Shown: piece after piece, positions 1 through 14,075 of the stretch
Layout of the letters: the number at the start of each line of letters is the position of its first letter
How positions within the stretch are numbered: the stretch's first letter is position 1
Assembly: GCF_000150275.1 (NCBI RefSeq)
Contig: NW_002060948.1
Location: forward strand, 4,758,336-4,822,335
From: Trichoplax adhaerens
Taxonomy: Eukaryota; Animalia; Placozoa
Length of the DNA stretch: 64,000 nucleotides
Reading direction: 5' to 3'
Notes under the pieces: generated by a model
Seen by the model: only the letters and a program-made list of their open reading frames with translations
What the model was told of the DNA's origin: nothing
Databases searched by the model: none
Translations under genes and position numbers: made by a program

Positions 1-3000
1 TTCTGCATGTTGACTTACCTGTTGCACTTGTGCTTGTTGATGTGATAAGTTCGGCGATGATTTAGAGTTTCGACTTCTATAATATAAAAATGAAAATTCA
101 TATTGATTTTATCTTAGTCAAAATTCCACGCGATCAGAAAATCTGTTTCGAATCATATCTGATCTTCCCTAACAACATGTACAAATCCATGACAGAATTA
201 GGTCGAAAACAAGATTCTTTAGGCTGACATTATATTTTACGATAATCAAAATTTAAAAGGTATAAATAATACAAATGATTATAAGTAGCTAAGGAGTTGT
301 GGATACCAGGCGAAATTCATGAAAACTTCACGTCAGCGACGTTTCATATATCTTAGATATTTGAAGAATAGACTCTAAACTACGGTAGACTATTCTTTAG
401 TAACTGAATTTTTGGGATTATAAGCTGCTTTTAGCCAAAATAATATACATTCTAGATACTCAAAAGAACACCATTTTACTAGCAACTCTATTTTACACTC
501 TATATATTCAAACTTACTTTGGTCCCTTCGGTAACGGAGGCTTACTACCAGGAGAACTTTTGCCATGAAAATGTAAGGCTGGATGTGATAGATAGTGATC
601 ATCGTCATTACGATCTGGCGTTGAAACTTGACTATCATTACGAGACTGAAAGAATTGCGAATAAAGTCAGTTTATTTGCATTTATTTAATTTCATTATAA
701 TAGATAGATATTCTTTTACCACTTTGTAGTAGTACCTGATTCGATTGAGAACGACGAAGGATTGGTGTAGCAGTAACAGTTCGAACTTCGCTTGAACGCT
801 AGTTGTAAGATAGGTTACAGGTAAATTATATGTAAATGCTCAAGGTAACTCAATAGCAATCCAAATAGAACGTATTAACCCACCTTTGAATCATCTATGT
901 AGGTAAAACTTAATTTTCCAATACCGATGTCGGTAATCTATTGATCAGGAAAAAAATCGACCATTTAAATTTAGTGTTTACGAAATTAATTAATTACGCT
1001 ACTAAAGTTTAAAGCAAGCTCTATATTAGTACTGATATTATTCATTCTTGTTACTTGGAAATACTCGTTTCGCATTAAAAAAATTTTCGGTTGTTTTAAG
1101 TAGCTTTAACTAAAGTCTTACGATGGAGCTAACATCCTTGATACTGTTATATCGTATAATACATACACATATTCTATCCGATGTCTATGAAAGACTAACA
1201 ATTTACGGTGCTTAAGTTCGTTATTTACAATTATAAGTTAACTACAGCCGCTGATTTATTATCAATATCCTTTCTTCTATCGTAAGAACTATTCCATCCT
1301 TACATCTGCATGCTCATTTGCCACATTTGTAAAGACTAATGTATTGTTTGGATTTGGACTTTTGCCGCCGATCATTTTTATTGATATACGATCGCCATTT
1401 CTTTTACTTGGACACCAGGCACACCATCTTATCGCCACAGCATAAGGCTGCTGATATTGTGTGTTCTATAATTGTTTTATTAAGTTGGGGATGAGCCAAT
1501 TAGAATCAACACTTAATATTTCTATCCCCATCACGAATTGAAGTTTTAACTCTATGTCATCTCCGAATATTACCTCTTTTGCAGACTGAGCAGGAGCTGG
1601 CTCTACAATAGTATATTCTAACTGGAAGACGATTGCATACATTTCGCTGTCTGCCATTTCTGTTAACTTTAACCGACTGCGTGCTACTAACGAATTACTA
1701 CCTCCACCAACTGATAGTCCTGAACTTGAAAATGAATGACGGCGTCCAGCTCGACTAGCTGGTGCCTGCTGACTATTATCTGGTTGGAGGTAAACAATCT
1801 GAGGTTCAGCTACATAACTCCAGCCGTTATGAATGCCAACCTAATAATTAAGGATAATGACAATGCAATTAATTCATCTCAGTTGAATTAAAATTTTCTA
1901 TAACTCAGTGCATGGATCATAAATTCTAAAATAAAAACAGCTTACGAGTAATTTTCTATCTTGAACGGACACATTCCTTCCATCGTGTGAAATCTTCAGC
2001 TATATTGAACATTACAGATTGACATAAAAAGACAATTTTAAATTCATTCAGATTAGAAGCGCTTTTAACCTTGAATGCACTATTAAATCATCTTATTGTA
2101 AGTCTTGCTGTGTTCTTTACCTTTCTTAATCGATCTTCATTCAATTTATTACATAAAAAATTTTCAAATTTCTCGATCGATGGATGAACCAGTATAGAAA
2201 GCTGATATAATTAAATTAAGTTAGCATATATGCCAATTGCAAATCATGTCTGTCTATAATTTTAATACTATCGAACATTGATTGCGTGCTAAAATAAAAC
2301 ATCAAAATATTTGTGCATCAAAATATTTGTGAGGTACCTTGTCAACAGCACATTGAATTGTTTTACATAATTTCGGTTTCTTTAGCAAGTCTGGAACTGA
2401 ACAATGATTAAAGATCATTTAAAGATTATATTCATACGTCGGACCGAATGAATTAATATATGAATGCATAATGAACATATTCTTTCCTACTTTCATTGGA
2501 TTTACTGGGTAGCAATTGTAACCCAGGTATAAGGTCATCACCACAAAACATTACATTTTCGGGTAATAAATGTAATATTTTTCGCATTGCAGAATGTGTA
2601 CGTAATGATAATGTGATTGTGCATCCATCAATTACTTTCAGGAAATTGTTTTCTAAATTAATGAGTATTTTCATATGCATTATTAACGAGTTGACAATAT
2701 TTTTTTCTAAATTTGCTACTATTTCGATTCTAGTATTAGTTGCTAGCATTCGTAGCAAATTGATACATTTCATAATTAAATTCAACCTTCTAACGGCTCA
2801 GACATGTAACAAAGAGCTCGTGGTGTTCCATGATAGACTTTTAACCTATGTCAGCAAGGTAAATATTTTAAAGTTATATCGTCCTTGATGAAATTGTTAT
2901 ATTTTATAAATGAATAAATCTATTTGAACCTTGTATCTTGACTGAAAGAACAAATGTTAGTACATATACATACCTTCTAAATTGTTCTGCTGCATTCGAT

Positions 3001-5472
3001 TTTGTATCATCTAATTCTTGAGCTAAGTCAAATATTCGAATAATAGCCCAGCCACGATTTACTGCCTGTTGTCCTCTTTTGCCATGAAAGTCAACTATAA
3101 TACACAGTTAAATAGTATCAATGTAATATCTAATTTATTACGTATGACGCCATGGCACTTGGACTTTTTATTTACTTGAATATGACACGTTGCTATAGTA
3201 TCTTTAAAATATTGTTTAAACTGACAAATCAATAACATAAAAAGTTGTATAGTCAATTTTCTAAATTATCGTATAGTATGTACGGGAGGACGCCAGTAGA
3301 TTACTTTTATTTCAATGCTAGTCGTTATTGTCACTAAGGATATCTGCAAAATGTACATAATATATGTCTAAATGTAATTAAACCTTAGCGTTTACATGCC
3401 TTTGAGGTATACTGTAGGGAATACATTCAATCAAGTCATGATCATAAAACCAACAGAATTACTTACTTTATGATAATTTACTAAAATCTAGTATCGCAAA
3501 GATTGTTATCGCATAGTGCAAAATGAACATATTGAATCACCATTTTTAAGGCGTAGCAAAAGAAAGAATTTAAAACCGTATTTTGTATAACATCTTTTAT
3601 TTTAGCAACGAAACAACGTATAGTAATTGATTTTTCGACATTTAGCATACTAATTAATCAGATATACTCTTCGTCTAAATATTCATTTATGATTTGTAAT
3701 TAATACTAGAAATCAAACACGACTTTAATACTTCCAATACAATAGGTGAAAAGATTTACGTACGTCAAATAGTAACAAACACGATACAGTTATACTGAAT
3801 AAAACATAGGCATACCTATAGCTACGATTTCAAAAACGCCAATAAGGCTTGGATCATTAATTGATGAATGAAAATATATTAGCTGGAATAAAAAATTACA
3901 AAATTTGTATTACAACTATCTTAATCAAGCATTGACGTTAATTAGTTGCATCACAAATTGAGGAGTCATCAAATACAGGCCGCTACGTAGTTAAAATACT
4001 GTAAATAAATGTACTGTATACTGGCAAAGAGATTACGTTATTAAATCAATGATACCGTCAGCATATCTGCAGTATAATGTATGAGTATATTAATGTCTCT
4101 GATATAACAACTACAAAGCTAAAACTTCAATTTTAATTACATGAATCATGCTACATTTAATTCCATACATGGTTAATATCAATGAGTATGAATACAAATA
4201 AGGCCTATTTGGTGCCTTCATTCTGGCTCTATATCTACACTTTACTTACTTGATTATAGCTAAGTCGCGCATGAGATTCATCGAACTTAATACCGATAAC
4301 ATCAGGTCCATGCCATGTGCTACCAATGAATTGCTTGAAAGTGGAATCGTAGAAACTACCTCTTAAGTGGTATTGTATAGAATTATACTCACCCTAAACC
4401 AAGTAGAAATATTAAGAAATTTCTTAAGTAATATAATATAAACATAACTTTACAATTATTTATCAATCTATCAAAAAATAGATCTAATGTATACAAATAT
4501 AAAGTCGCAGAAATGTAGGTTACAAATTCAAATTCATTACATTTTCAAAATTATCTCATCGAAGTCAGAAATCTAGCAACATTTACGTAACAAGATAATT
4601 CATATAATGAATCTTAAGAAACACTATCCACTTATAGTTCATAACTTTTGTTTTCTGTCATATCATAATTTGACATCAACATCATTGGTCACTATTAATA
4701 CAACTAATCTAGCGAATTTTATCCAAATTTGACATCAATATCATTTGTCACTAGTAATACAACTAATCTAGCGAATTTTATCCAAATTTGATATCAATAT
4801 CATTTGTCACTAGTAATACAACTAATCTAGCAAATTTTATTTCAAGGGATCGGATTAAGCAATTCCATATGAAGATTTCTCGTAAACTGTTTTTATCACT
4901 GCAGGTCTAGATCAAGCTATTTTGCCGTTTTTAAAGACATCAAGGACAACGTATGGATTTTAATCAATTTAATGATATTATACTCGTAGTTTAATTTTTG
5001 AACTACGTATGTTGACATTAATTGATCAATTTCATTTGAAATTAATGCGTAAACACACGTCGTGATCCTAGTACAATACAGTATATTGAAGTCTATCCAT
5101 TAAGGTGATATTTCTTAGACACAATCACCAAGGCTGTACAGCATATCGAACCTCAGTAAATGCTTTAAATCTACGACAAGTAAAAATAACTTGGAGATAG
5201 AAGCACTATTTAATGAATGTCAAATTTTATTTTGTAAATACGTACTGTACATATATCAACTAATTGAAGACGCATCATCGATTGAGAAGTCGATACTGTA
5301 TTAAGTTAGACTTGTATACCTCAATCGGTGGTACCAATATATTGTCGACTAATTTAATATGAAAGCAGAAAGGAGTATTTGGATTGTGTTGATTGTTGAT
5401 ATATCGATTATCATGAGCTGGCAGTTGACGATTTTGTGCGAAAAATTCTTGCCAATTAAATTCTTCGCCCAT
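1..5472 (-). CDS. NPHP4: Nephrocystin-4 (ciliary transition-zone protein), multi-exon, 5' portion; gene continues beyond the left edge
   Basis: Exon 1 5472-5320 MGEEFNWQEFFAQNRQLPAH (human MNDWHRIFTQNVLVPPH). Exon ~4393-4250 YHLRGSFYDSTFKQFIGSTW (human [20 protein letters not shown]). Exon ~1840-1574 VGIHNGWSYVAEPQIVYL...LVARSRLKLTEMADSEMYAIVFQLEY (human VGVHNGLGFVQRPQVVVL...[26 protein letters not shown]). Next exon IRWCAWCP...GGKSPNPNNTLVF. GT-AG junctions in frame where checked. Confidence 0.93.
4667..4840. repeat. Tandem repeat, 59-bp unit x ~3, in NPHP4 intron 1
   Basis: aatttgacatcaatatcatttgtcactagtaatacaactaatctagcgaattttatcca recurs at 4667, 4726 and 4785 with few substitutions. Confidence 0.95.
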
Positions 5473-5584
5473 GTTTGCAGTTGGCGCCTTTAGCATCAAA
5501 CCAACCAGGCCGAATATATATGGACAGGAATGCGCTATCCCAGACGCTAGCGTTTTCTGGAGGAGATCGGAACTGTTTCTAAGC

Positions 5585-6130
5585 AATACAGTGAATGTTG
5601 ACACGGTACAGTCCAATTCTTACAGTCTAATATACTGTACGGTACTGTACCGTGTCGGACAGTACTGTACAGTACAGTACAGTACAGTACTGTACAGTAT
5701 ATTGTACTTTGTACACTGTGTACTGTACATTGTAGAGACATCATTGATACTTTTACAGTAGCGAGATGCTTACTCTGCTGTACTGTACTCAGTTATCATT
5801 CACCAGTGTAGGCAGGGTGATACGCCACAACTGGAAGACCAGGGTCCGGACCGGACCAGACCAGACCATGAAGACCTCTGCATTTTATAATTAATTAATC
5901 TATCTACTGTACAGACTACAGTACAGTACTGTACAGTACTAAATCATTCTTCTACCGTACCTAGTATCGTACACAGTCTGTGCTTACTGTACTGTAGTCG
6001 ACGTAACAGTACTGTACAGACTGTACAGTACAGTACAACTCTCCGGTACTACTGTGACTGTAAATCAGTCAGCTTTAGTATCAACCCGTTCAGGTATACG
6101 AAACCCTATACTGTACTATACTGTAGAGTA
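5585..6130. promoter_or_regulatory. ACAGT/ACTGT-rich island in the NPHP4-WDR70 bidirectional promoter region
   Basis: Dense imperfect (ACAGT)n/(ACTGT)n runs, e.g. agtactgtacagtacagtacagtacagtactgtacagta, between two divergent start codons ~930 bp apart. The repeat is seen directly; the promoter role is inferred from position. Confidence 0.7.
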
Positions 6131-6402
6131 GATGGCTATTACATCTCTATGGAAATGTCAAGAAAAATTGATTTCCCGACGTCCAGCACAACTAGTGCTG
6201 ATGATTGATTGATTAATCCATTGGTCATTTCAATTCCAGCTCGAGATCATTCCTTTTACATGAATGTTCCAGCCAAGTTAGACATTATAAAATAAAGCTT
6301 TGATCTTACTCTACCAAATCGTGGTGGATTGCTAATACCTGAAGCCTATTGGATTGGATCATTTCATTATCCTGTAAATACGTAAGGTAGTAAAATTATA
6401 CA

Positions 6403-9400
6403 ATGGATGAAGATTTAGAAGAAATGGCTGCTTTAAGAGGTCAGGAATATATTAAATTAGCTTTGATTTGATGCCAATTTCTTGTATTCTTACCATAGCG
6501 ATAATCTTAGCAATAGATTGTGAATGATTCGATCAGGTTGGAAAAGTGATTTCATTCGCCTTGCTACTGTCTGTAATAATAAACTTGTGGTTATCATTGA
6601 TGGACGTAGATTGCATCTTGTTATCATATCTTTCTCAATACCATTAAAATCCATTAGCTCTTAAGAAAGGTCATGGAAAAATTCCCATGCAAAATCAATT
6701 CAGGAAACCCAGTAGTAAATCTGTTGGTGAAGATAACAACGAAGACAATCAACTTATGAAAGTAATGGGAATTTCAGGATTTGGTAGGTTGTTCTGCGCC
6801 CTACAGCATGCATACATTTATTATTTCTACTACATGTATTGAGAACATAAATGGAGTTAGCTTTACTTAGCAGCTTATTTGTACAGCAATAAAGTGCTAA
6901 ATGACAACTTTGCGTATATATATTTGTATGCAATGCACTATAGAATTATGACTAGAAATGGCACTCGTATCAATGTGAGCTGTGCTAGATCTGTGCAATT
7001 ATAACTAATAATTGCATGTAATATAATTAATTAACTAATAATATTGAATTATCATGGACTGCATAAATTCCAAAACTTATATCTTAACTGATGTCTTTTT
7101 TATGCTCAGGTAAGAAAACTGCTAAAGTATTTGATATCGAAGAAATGGTCAAACAAAGTATAGGCAACACCAGTAGCTATAAAGAAGGTACACTTGATTG
7201 ATCAAACGATATTCATTAGTGGTCATTCAAATTTCTATCCATGACTTTTCCACTGCTGCCCTTTCCTCATAGCTAATTTCGAACGTAAAGAAAGCAACTA
7301 CGATGATGATAGATCCGATGCACCAGCTGTAAACTTGCTAATATTCTTATTATATCACCTCTACTTATCTACTTACTTATGAATAATTACCTCTCCAGCA
7401 TCATGACGAAATATTTGGTCATTAATACTCCTCATTTTTCATATTATTAGGAAAATAAGACGGCGGAATCAGATGATAGTGACATGGACGATGAATTCGA
7501 TAGAAATGAAGCTAATATCGAGGTAATACTTTTAAATGATGTCGCATGTTATCGTTTCAATAAAATGCGCATATTAATAGCTGTCGTAAATTATCAGTAG
7601 TATTAAGAATTAAAAGCACAGTACCTGAATAAAAATGGATTTATCAAATAATGATCGAATTTCCAAATACAAATACTATCTGCAGTGAGATTAGTCGTTT
7701 ATTTTATATACTTTCAAACAGTTTTCTCTGTTACAGGTCCATTGTAGCAGCAAGTTTATCAGTGTAGTATAATATAACTATACTACAATTAATAGCACTA
7801 CATAAAAATAGCGACGAAATTACTTGCAAAGTTTCGTTAAAAACAAGTGAATTTTTCCTCAAATTTATTCCTTCTTATTAGTCTCAAGATCTAGAATCAA
7901 AGATACCTACTACTCGTCATATAACATTAAATCATGGACGAAAAACGGTATGAAGAAACAAACTGCAATTTGCTACGTTTGAGTGGAGAATCAGATATAT
8001 TTCTTTTGCATTAATAACATACTACAAATACGTGCTAAGGCTTGAATACTTTGCCCCTGTAAAACTTCTAACCGTTGTATGAATAGGTCTCTGCTGTTGC
8101 TATTGACCGCGGTGGTGGACGAATTGCGACTGGAGGCGTTGATTATGATGTATATAGTTTATTATACAATATTGAGCTAAACTACCATTGATATATATAT
8201 GGTCATTAACGCCTATTTCTACCCTATTTGATGCTAAAAAGGTGAAACTGTGGGATTTTGGAGGTATGGCTGCGGCTCTGCAATCGTTTCGAACCGTTAC
8301 ACCGTGTGAAAGGTATTAGAATAGTAATTTGAGTAATTTCTGTGTTATTTTCTTAATGTAAACATAATCATCACTTATTTTATAATAGTCATCAAATTAA
8401 GTCACTTCAGTTCAGCTCTACTGGTGATAAGATTCTGGTTGCATCTGGCAGTGCTCAAGTACAAACCATTAATTATGTCCTCCTTATTAAATAATTGCAA
8501 ATTTCTTTTTCAAAACTAAACATTTTTGCTCTTATTTTTAATTTTATAAATTTCGTATTAAGGCAAAAGTTCTCGATCGAGATGGCATGGAAATTATGGA
8601 ATGTGTCAAAGGCGATCAGTACTTATCTGACATGGCTTCTACTAAGGTAATATACAAGCACTTTCATATACGTCTGTAATTATGATAATATCTGTATCAA
8701 ATATACACCTGACAATAGTTGCTGAAAATTTTTAATACTTTCAAGGGACATGTTGCAATGCTTCATCGTGCTTGTTGGGATCCTTTCGCTAATGAAGAAT
8801 TTATGACTTGTTCTGACGATGGGTAAGTCGTATACTTGCATCATTGGTGTACTTTCTGTAGGTACTAAATTTACCTTAATCTCTAAAACTTATCTATGAT
8901 TAATTACTATAACCAATATCATTTTTCATCGATTATCGTAGAACGTTACGATTATGGGACGTCAATAATTCTAAAAAACATAAAACAATAATAAAAACGA
9001 AGGGCTCAGACGGTAAGTTTACGTAAGCACTGTAACATCTACTACTGTCTTTAGTATTTCGTAAAAAGTAAGTTATATACAATTAATATTACAGGCAGGA
9101 GAACTATACCGACGACATGTACGTACAGCAAAGGACGTAGGCTGGTGGCAGGTGGTTGTCAGGTTAGCAGCACTTAGATTTTGAATTTTTGTGTTAATTT
9201 TAATTCACAAAGAATTTATACCATAAAACTAGGACGGTTCACTGCAGCTATGGGATCCCAAAAAACCATTGGTACATTAATACTGAATTTCATCAGGAAT
9301 TTCCATCTCTCTTGGTTTAAAATGTTAAGCTTATTAATGCTGAAAGAGTTTTAACTTCACTGTTAATTATCTAACTTAGGTCCGACCTGCCGTCTTGATT

Positions 9401-11253
9401 AAAGGAGCCCATGCCAATGGCAGCGATATTTCTAGCATATCTTTTCGCGCTAGTGGTCAAGTTTTGGCATCTCGTGCATGTAGGAACAATTACAATTTGA
9501 TTAATATGTTATTAATAATGTAGAAACAATAACTCTTCTACCACTTCAGATCATATTTATTCCTTGATTGCACAATACAAATAGGTTTCTAATCCGCGTG
9601 AAAAGTACTGAAATTAATGTAATTTTATAGGCGATGACACGTTAAAAGTGTGGGATGTTCGTTCAACCAAGAAACCTTTGTTTGTAGCGAATGACCTAGT
9701 TAATCTTTATTCTATGTAAGACCAAAATTTAATCATAGTTAACAAAATATCATCAATTTAAGAATGACTAGTTTCAATTTAAAAAAACAATTTTAATTTT
9801 GCTCTGTTAGGACTTCGTGCTTGTTTAGCCCAGATGAAACATTTCTTGCAACTGGGACATCAGTTAGGAAGGGCAAAGTATGCTGTTACTGTTGTGATTA
9901 GTCTTAAACTATGAGATGTTAACAATCGATCGATTATATACGATAACGTAGGGGAATGCTTCATTAGTATTTTATGATACTACACATTTTAACAAAATTC
10001 AAGAAATAAATATACCTGATGCAGTAAGTGAATTGGATATTTTTTACCTCCTTGGCTACTGTATGCAGTATCTATTAACTATATTTACACTTGTACAAAT
10101 AACAGAGCGTGGTTGCTTGTTTATGGCACGATAAAATTAATCAAATCATGATTGGTTGCTCCAATGGAGATATTCGATTATATTTCGATCCGTTAAGGAG
10201 CACTAAGTACGCAATAGTTGTGGCTGCATTAAATTCTATTGCATGCGTTATATTAAAGAAATCTACAGTAAACAAAACGATCTCTTTTAAATTAATGTAG
10301 GGGTGCGAAATTGTGTGCCAGCAAATCTACTCGAAAAACTGATGGTATCGTAATGAATGTCAGGCCAATAGTAATTACTCGTAAGTCATCTGATATTTTA
10401 CGACTACAACAACTTGTCTAATAAAGCTTCACTACTTGAATTAAACTAGAATGTTCTTTTGGTTACTATTGATAAAATATTTGCTGTCCTTATTTTATTT
10501 TAGCTCATGCATTACCAATGTTCCGAGAGAGTAAACCGAAAAACGCAAAAAAGGCAGAAGACAAAAATCGCCAAGATCCCATTGCGTCACATAAACCCGA
10601 GTTGCCTGTAACAGGACCTGGTAAGAATCTTTTACAATACCTACTCATGATATAATTTACCCTGGCTGCTGATAAAATTACACTCCTAGATTTCTTGTGT
10701 GTAAATCAATGTTGCGATCTACCTACTATCACTCTATATAATTATAATTATTTTCAAGTCACGTATGCATCGGCAATTTCAGTAATACTGTGTACCTGTG
10801 ATACATGTACCGTTTCCCTTAGGTAAAGGCGGCCGTGTTAGGTCTGGCGGTTCGCTATCAGCCTATATCGTAAAAAATTTAGCAACTGATCACATAAAGA
10901 ATTTTCAAGAAGAGGATGCTAGAGCAGCAATTCTTAAACATGCCGAGGTAAATAGGTTTTTAGATGGACCGTTCTGTTTTCCTCCATGTGATTTACCTAT
11001 TGATGTTACTCCTTGATATAATGTCATGTTAGACTGCCAAAGAAGATCCTTACTGGATAGCCCCTGCTTATGCTATGTATGTAAATCAACAAATTGCTTA
11101 AAATTTATTTGTGAGCAGGCAATTGTAATAACCTATTGATATTTAATCATCAAAATATCGGTACAACTTAGAACACAACCTAAAACAATTTTTGCTGAAC
11201 CCGAAGAAGATGAAAGTGAACAACCTGAAAATAAAAAATTTAAACCGTCGTAG
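6403..11253 (+). CDS. WDR70: WD repeat-containing protein 70 (gastrulation defective gad-1 homolog), ~20 short exons
   Basis: Spliced translation MDEDLEEMAALR...LMKVMGISGFGKKTAKVFDIEEM; HITLNHGRKTVSAVAIDRGGGRIATGGVDYDVKLWDFGGM; KVLDRDGMEIMECVKGDQYLSDMASTKGHVAML; VVACLWHDKINQIMIGCSNG; HALPMFRE...RQDPIASHKPELPVTGPGKGGRV; DARAAILKHAE...DPYWIAPAYAITQPKTIF, stop TAG ending 11253. These match recalled WDR70 motifs. Confidence 0.95.
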
Positions 11254-13049
11254 TTGATAAGAGTCAACGAGTCATACAATCGGTCTGTTCAGGATCGGTG
11301 AAAACATGTGATCTGGGCTGTTACAATGTTGCAAAAATTATAACTAGTTCACCCTTCAAGTCAAGTTCAACTTTCAGTTCTACGAATATTAAAAGGACGA
11401 CACTCTTTGATACAAGAAATCCTTTCCAATTTTGTTCATATTTTTTAGCCACATTTTTCTGTAACTTCTCATGCTGTCGTTAACGTCGTATGTTTCTGTC
11501 AAATAAGGAAGACAATATTTGTATCTACTACTCTTAACTTATTTTAGAAGTTAACCAGCATACGATTTTTACAAGCTGCGTTATCAAGACCCATATAATA
11601 CTTTTTATTATCTGGCCTGAGTAATATTGAATGCTAATCATAGTATTTTCATAGTCAATTTTAAGATTCGATATTAATGCGATTTATTAATATCTGAAAT
11701 GAATGCTTGAGTTTTACTTAGCTATTTCTTGTGTATTACATCAGGGCATGGACTTCTACTTCTAGAGGTCCATGATTAGGAGTGGCTCTTTTTCTACGAC
11801 GTTTTTAAAATTCTGCAACTGCAATATATTGTAAACCTTCACATATTACTGAAAACTAGTTCAACCAACAGCGACTGCAAGGTGATACTCTAAGTTAATC
11901 GTTGCGTTAAATGATTCAACAGCTGTAAAATTTTTCTTGAATAATTTCCACAATTAAACTATCGCATATCCTTTATTTATTTCGAATATCATTTGCTAGT
12001 ACGAAATTAGACCACATCGAAATGACAAGATATTAGTTCAAAAACTGCTTTCTCAATCATGAGCAGCTGTAGCTGTAGTGTACTTTCGAAGCTCATAACA
12101 AACAGACTAGAGTCGTATGTAGCACCTTTGAGGTAATACGACTACTATAGCACGCAGCTATAAAAGCAATTGCGTTGACCAACAGCAATGTTAATTAGCA
12201 AAATTGCCTATTTGCTCTGGCAATATTGAAATAGCATTATTTTCGGATAATCAATAATACATCCGTTTTGCGGCATGAAATTAAATTGTATTAAATTTAA
12301 GTGGGAGTAGTTATAGGAGAACAATTTAGGTTTCAGTATTTTTTCTTTGGTATACTAAAATCTGTGTTGTACATCAAGTAGCTACAGTACAATATTTACA
12401 TTAGTTCCGTAGTATATTAAAAAGTTGAAATAAAGAGAAGGCGATGCACATTTCTTCTTAAATTGAAATTTAATTAAAGTAATTATGTGAGTTACATATA
12501 AGGCTTATGCCATTCGCTCTATATTTAATCTAAATTATAAGCGAAAATAAACCTCTGCTTATTATATTAATTAGTTTTATGTCACACAGAATCAAAATAA
12601 ATAATACTATTTAACAAACGAGACCGAATTAATATTATTTCAATCCATCAAGGATTTTATTAACTTAATTTATCGTGGAATCGAATCTTTGTCATCCTAT
12701 ATGTACGTTTTTTCGAACGATAAACAAACCAAATAGTTAGTATTAAGGCCACTTCGATCAGTTTAATATAGAGGTAATCCATCATTTAAATGTCTACAAC
12801 CTAAGACACCACCGAATTGATCATACTCGAGCAAAATCTATTGAAATTCTTTCTTTATGCAGCCTAACAATACACCGATGTATACTGAAATTAGAGTTTC
12901 AAATAATTTTGAACAAATTAATTCCATGTCATCAATGTGTATCATCATTAGACGAAAGCTAATTCTATCGATTCCATACAGTATACAATTTAAAGTTAAA
13001 ATATCAAGCACTTTAATTAAGATTAACATCTTCTTTATAATTGGACTAT

Positions 13050-13963
13050 TTATAAAGCAATCCCTAAGATGAGAAATTACTATGATCAATTAGCTAATAA
13101 TTCTATTAATCATATTCAAAAAACGATTAAGAACGTCATTCAATGCAACTTTAGTAAGTATGGCTGCATCTTCCTTATTATTTACATTTGCAAGTTTGCT
13201 GCCATCCACGTTGGTCCGTTTATCAGTTTTCTCTTATCCGTTTTTTATTTCGGTTTCTTACCCATTGGCGATGCTATGGCCTCTATATTAAATCTCCATG
13301 TCACATTGGTTTTTATGTTACGTTATTTCTTCGTCGCGAGCCCTTTTGCATATCGACATTATGTTACCAAAAAGACAATTAGTATAGCTTTAGCAACGAT
13401 TTGGATTGTCGTATTTGCCTTCGTGTACGTCATTCAGATGAAAGCTAGTGGATACTTAACGTGTTATTATAGCGCAACCATTACTTCTCGGCAGAGTAAA
13501 ACAACTGTAAGAATAATTTATTACATTTTATACGTAGGAATAGTGGCTATATTGCCCATTTTTGTTATCATTATTGCTAGTCTTCAGCTGTATTACATTA
13601 TTTTGCGCCATATTCATCACATCAATAGTCCAAAGAAAGAGTCGAAAAAATACCATTGCCAGTGAGTCTTGCTGTCAATACAGCAAAGATAAAGCAGTAA
13701 AACAATGATTTGCTTATTAATAAATTTTTACATTTCTTCGATTCCGCATTTTACAACTGGAATATCATTAACGCTTATACAGCAGGTATAGCGTTAAGGA
13801 CGACTAATTATATATTTGGGCTACTTGTCTACATGTACATATTTTCGTCTGTCCACTACAGTACGCTTACTTGACACCTGATGTTGGGAAAAAATTTCGC
13901 CAATGGTTCCAAAATTTATCCAATAATATACCAAAAGGAATTAAAGTCATTTCCTTCTTCTAG
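13050..13963 (+). pseudogene. Frameshifted GPCR pseudogene, paralog of the 15911-16888 receptor
   Basis: Pieces in different frames align to the neighbour: LLIIFKKRLRTSFNATLVSMAAS (vs LILSKKQLRTPFNAALGSMAMA); SILNLHVTLVFMLRYFFVASPFAY (near-identical); QYSKDKAVKQ / MICLLINFYISSIPHF; TPDVGKKFRQWFQNL...KGIKVISFF* (vs TPDIRKEFQQWFKNL...KGIKKLFCF*). Several frameshifts and a premature TGA at 13663-13665. Confidence 0.88.
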
Positions 13964-14075
13964 ATTGAATTCTCTCTTCTTTATTGTTTTTAATTTAATA
14001 TCATATAATGTACTTTTAAAGCTATATTGAAATAATGAACGAGGAATATCTATCTGTAGTATGGATAAATGCTCC

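Noticed and set aside
2496-2888. 130-aa plus-strand ORF
   Set aside because: Antisense to NPHP4 exons and introns, no recognisable features.
4667-4840. Regular repeat considered as a CRISPR-like array
   Set aside because: Contiguous 59-bp units with no unique spacers, inside a eukaryotic intron, with no cas genes.
5471-5761. ORFs 5471-5761 (+) and 5547-5744 (-) rich in YCTVL/YSTVQ
   Set aside because: Translations of the ACAGT repeat island, not proteins.
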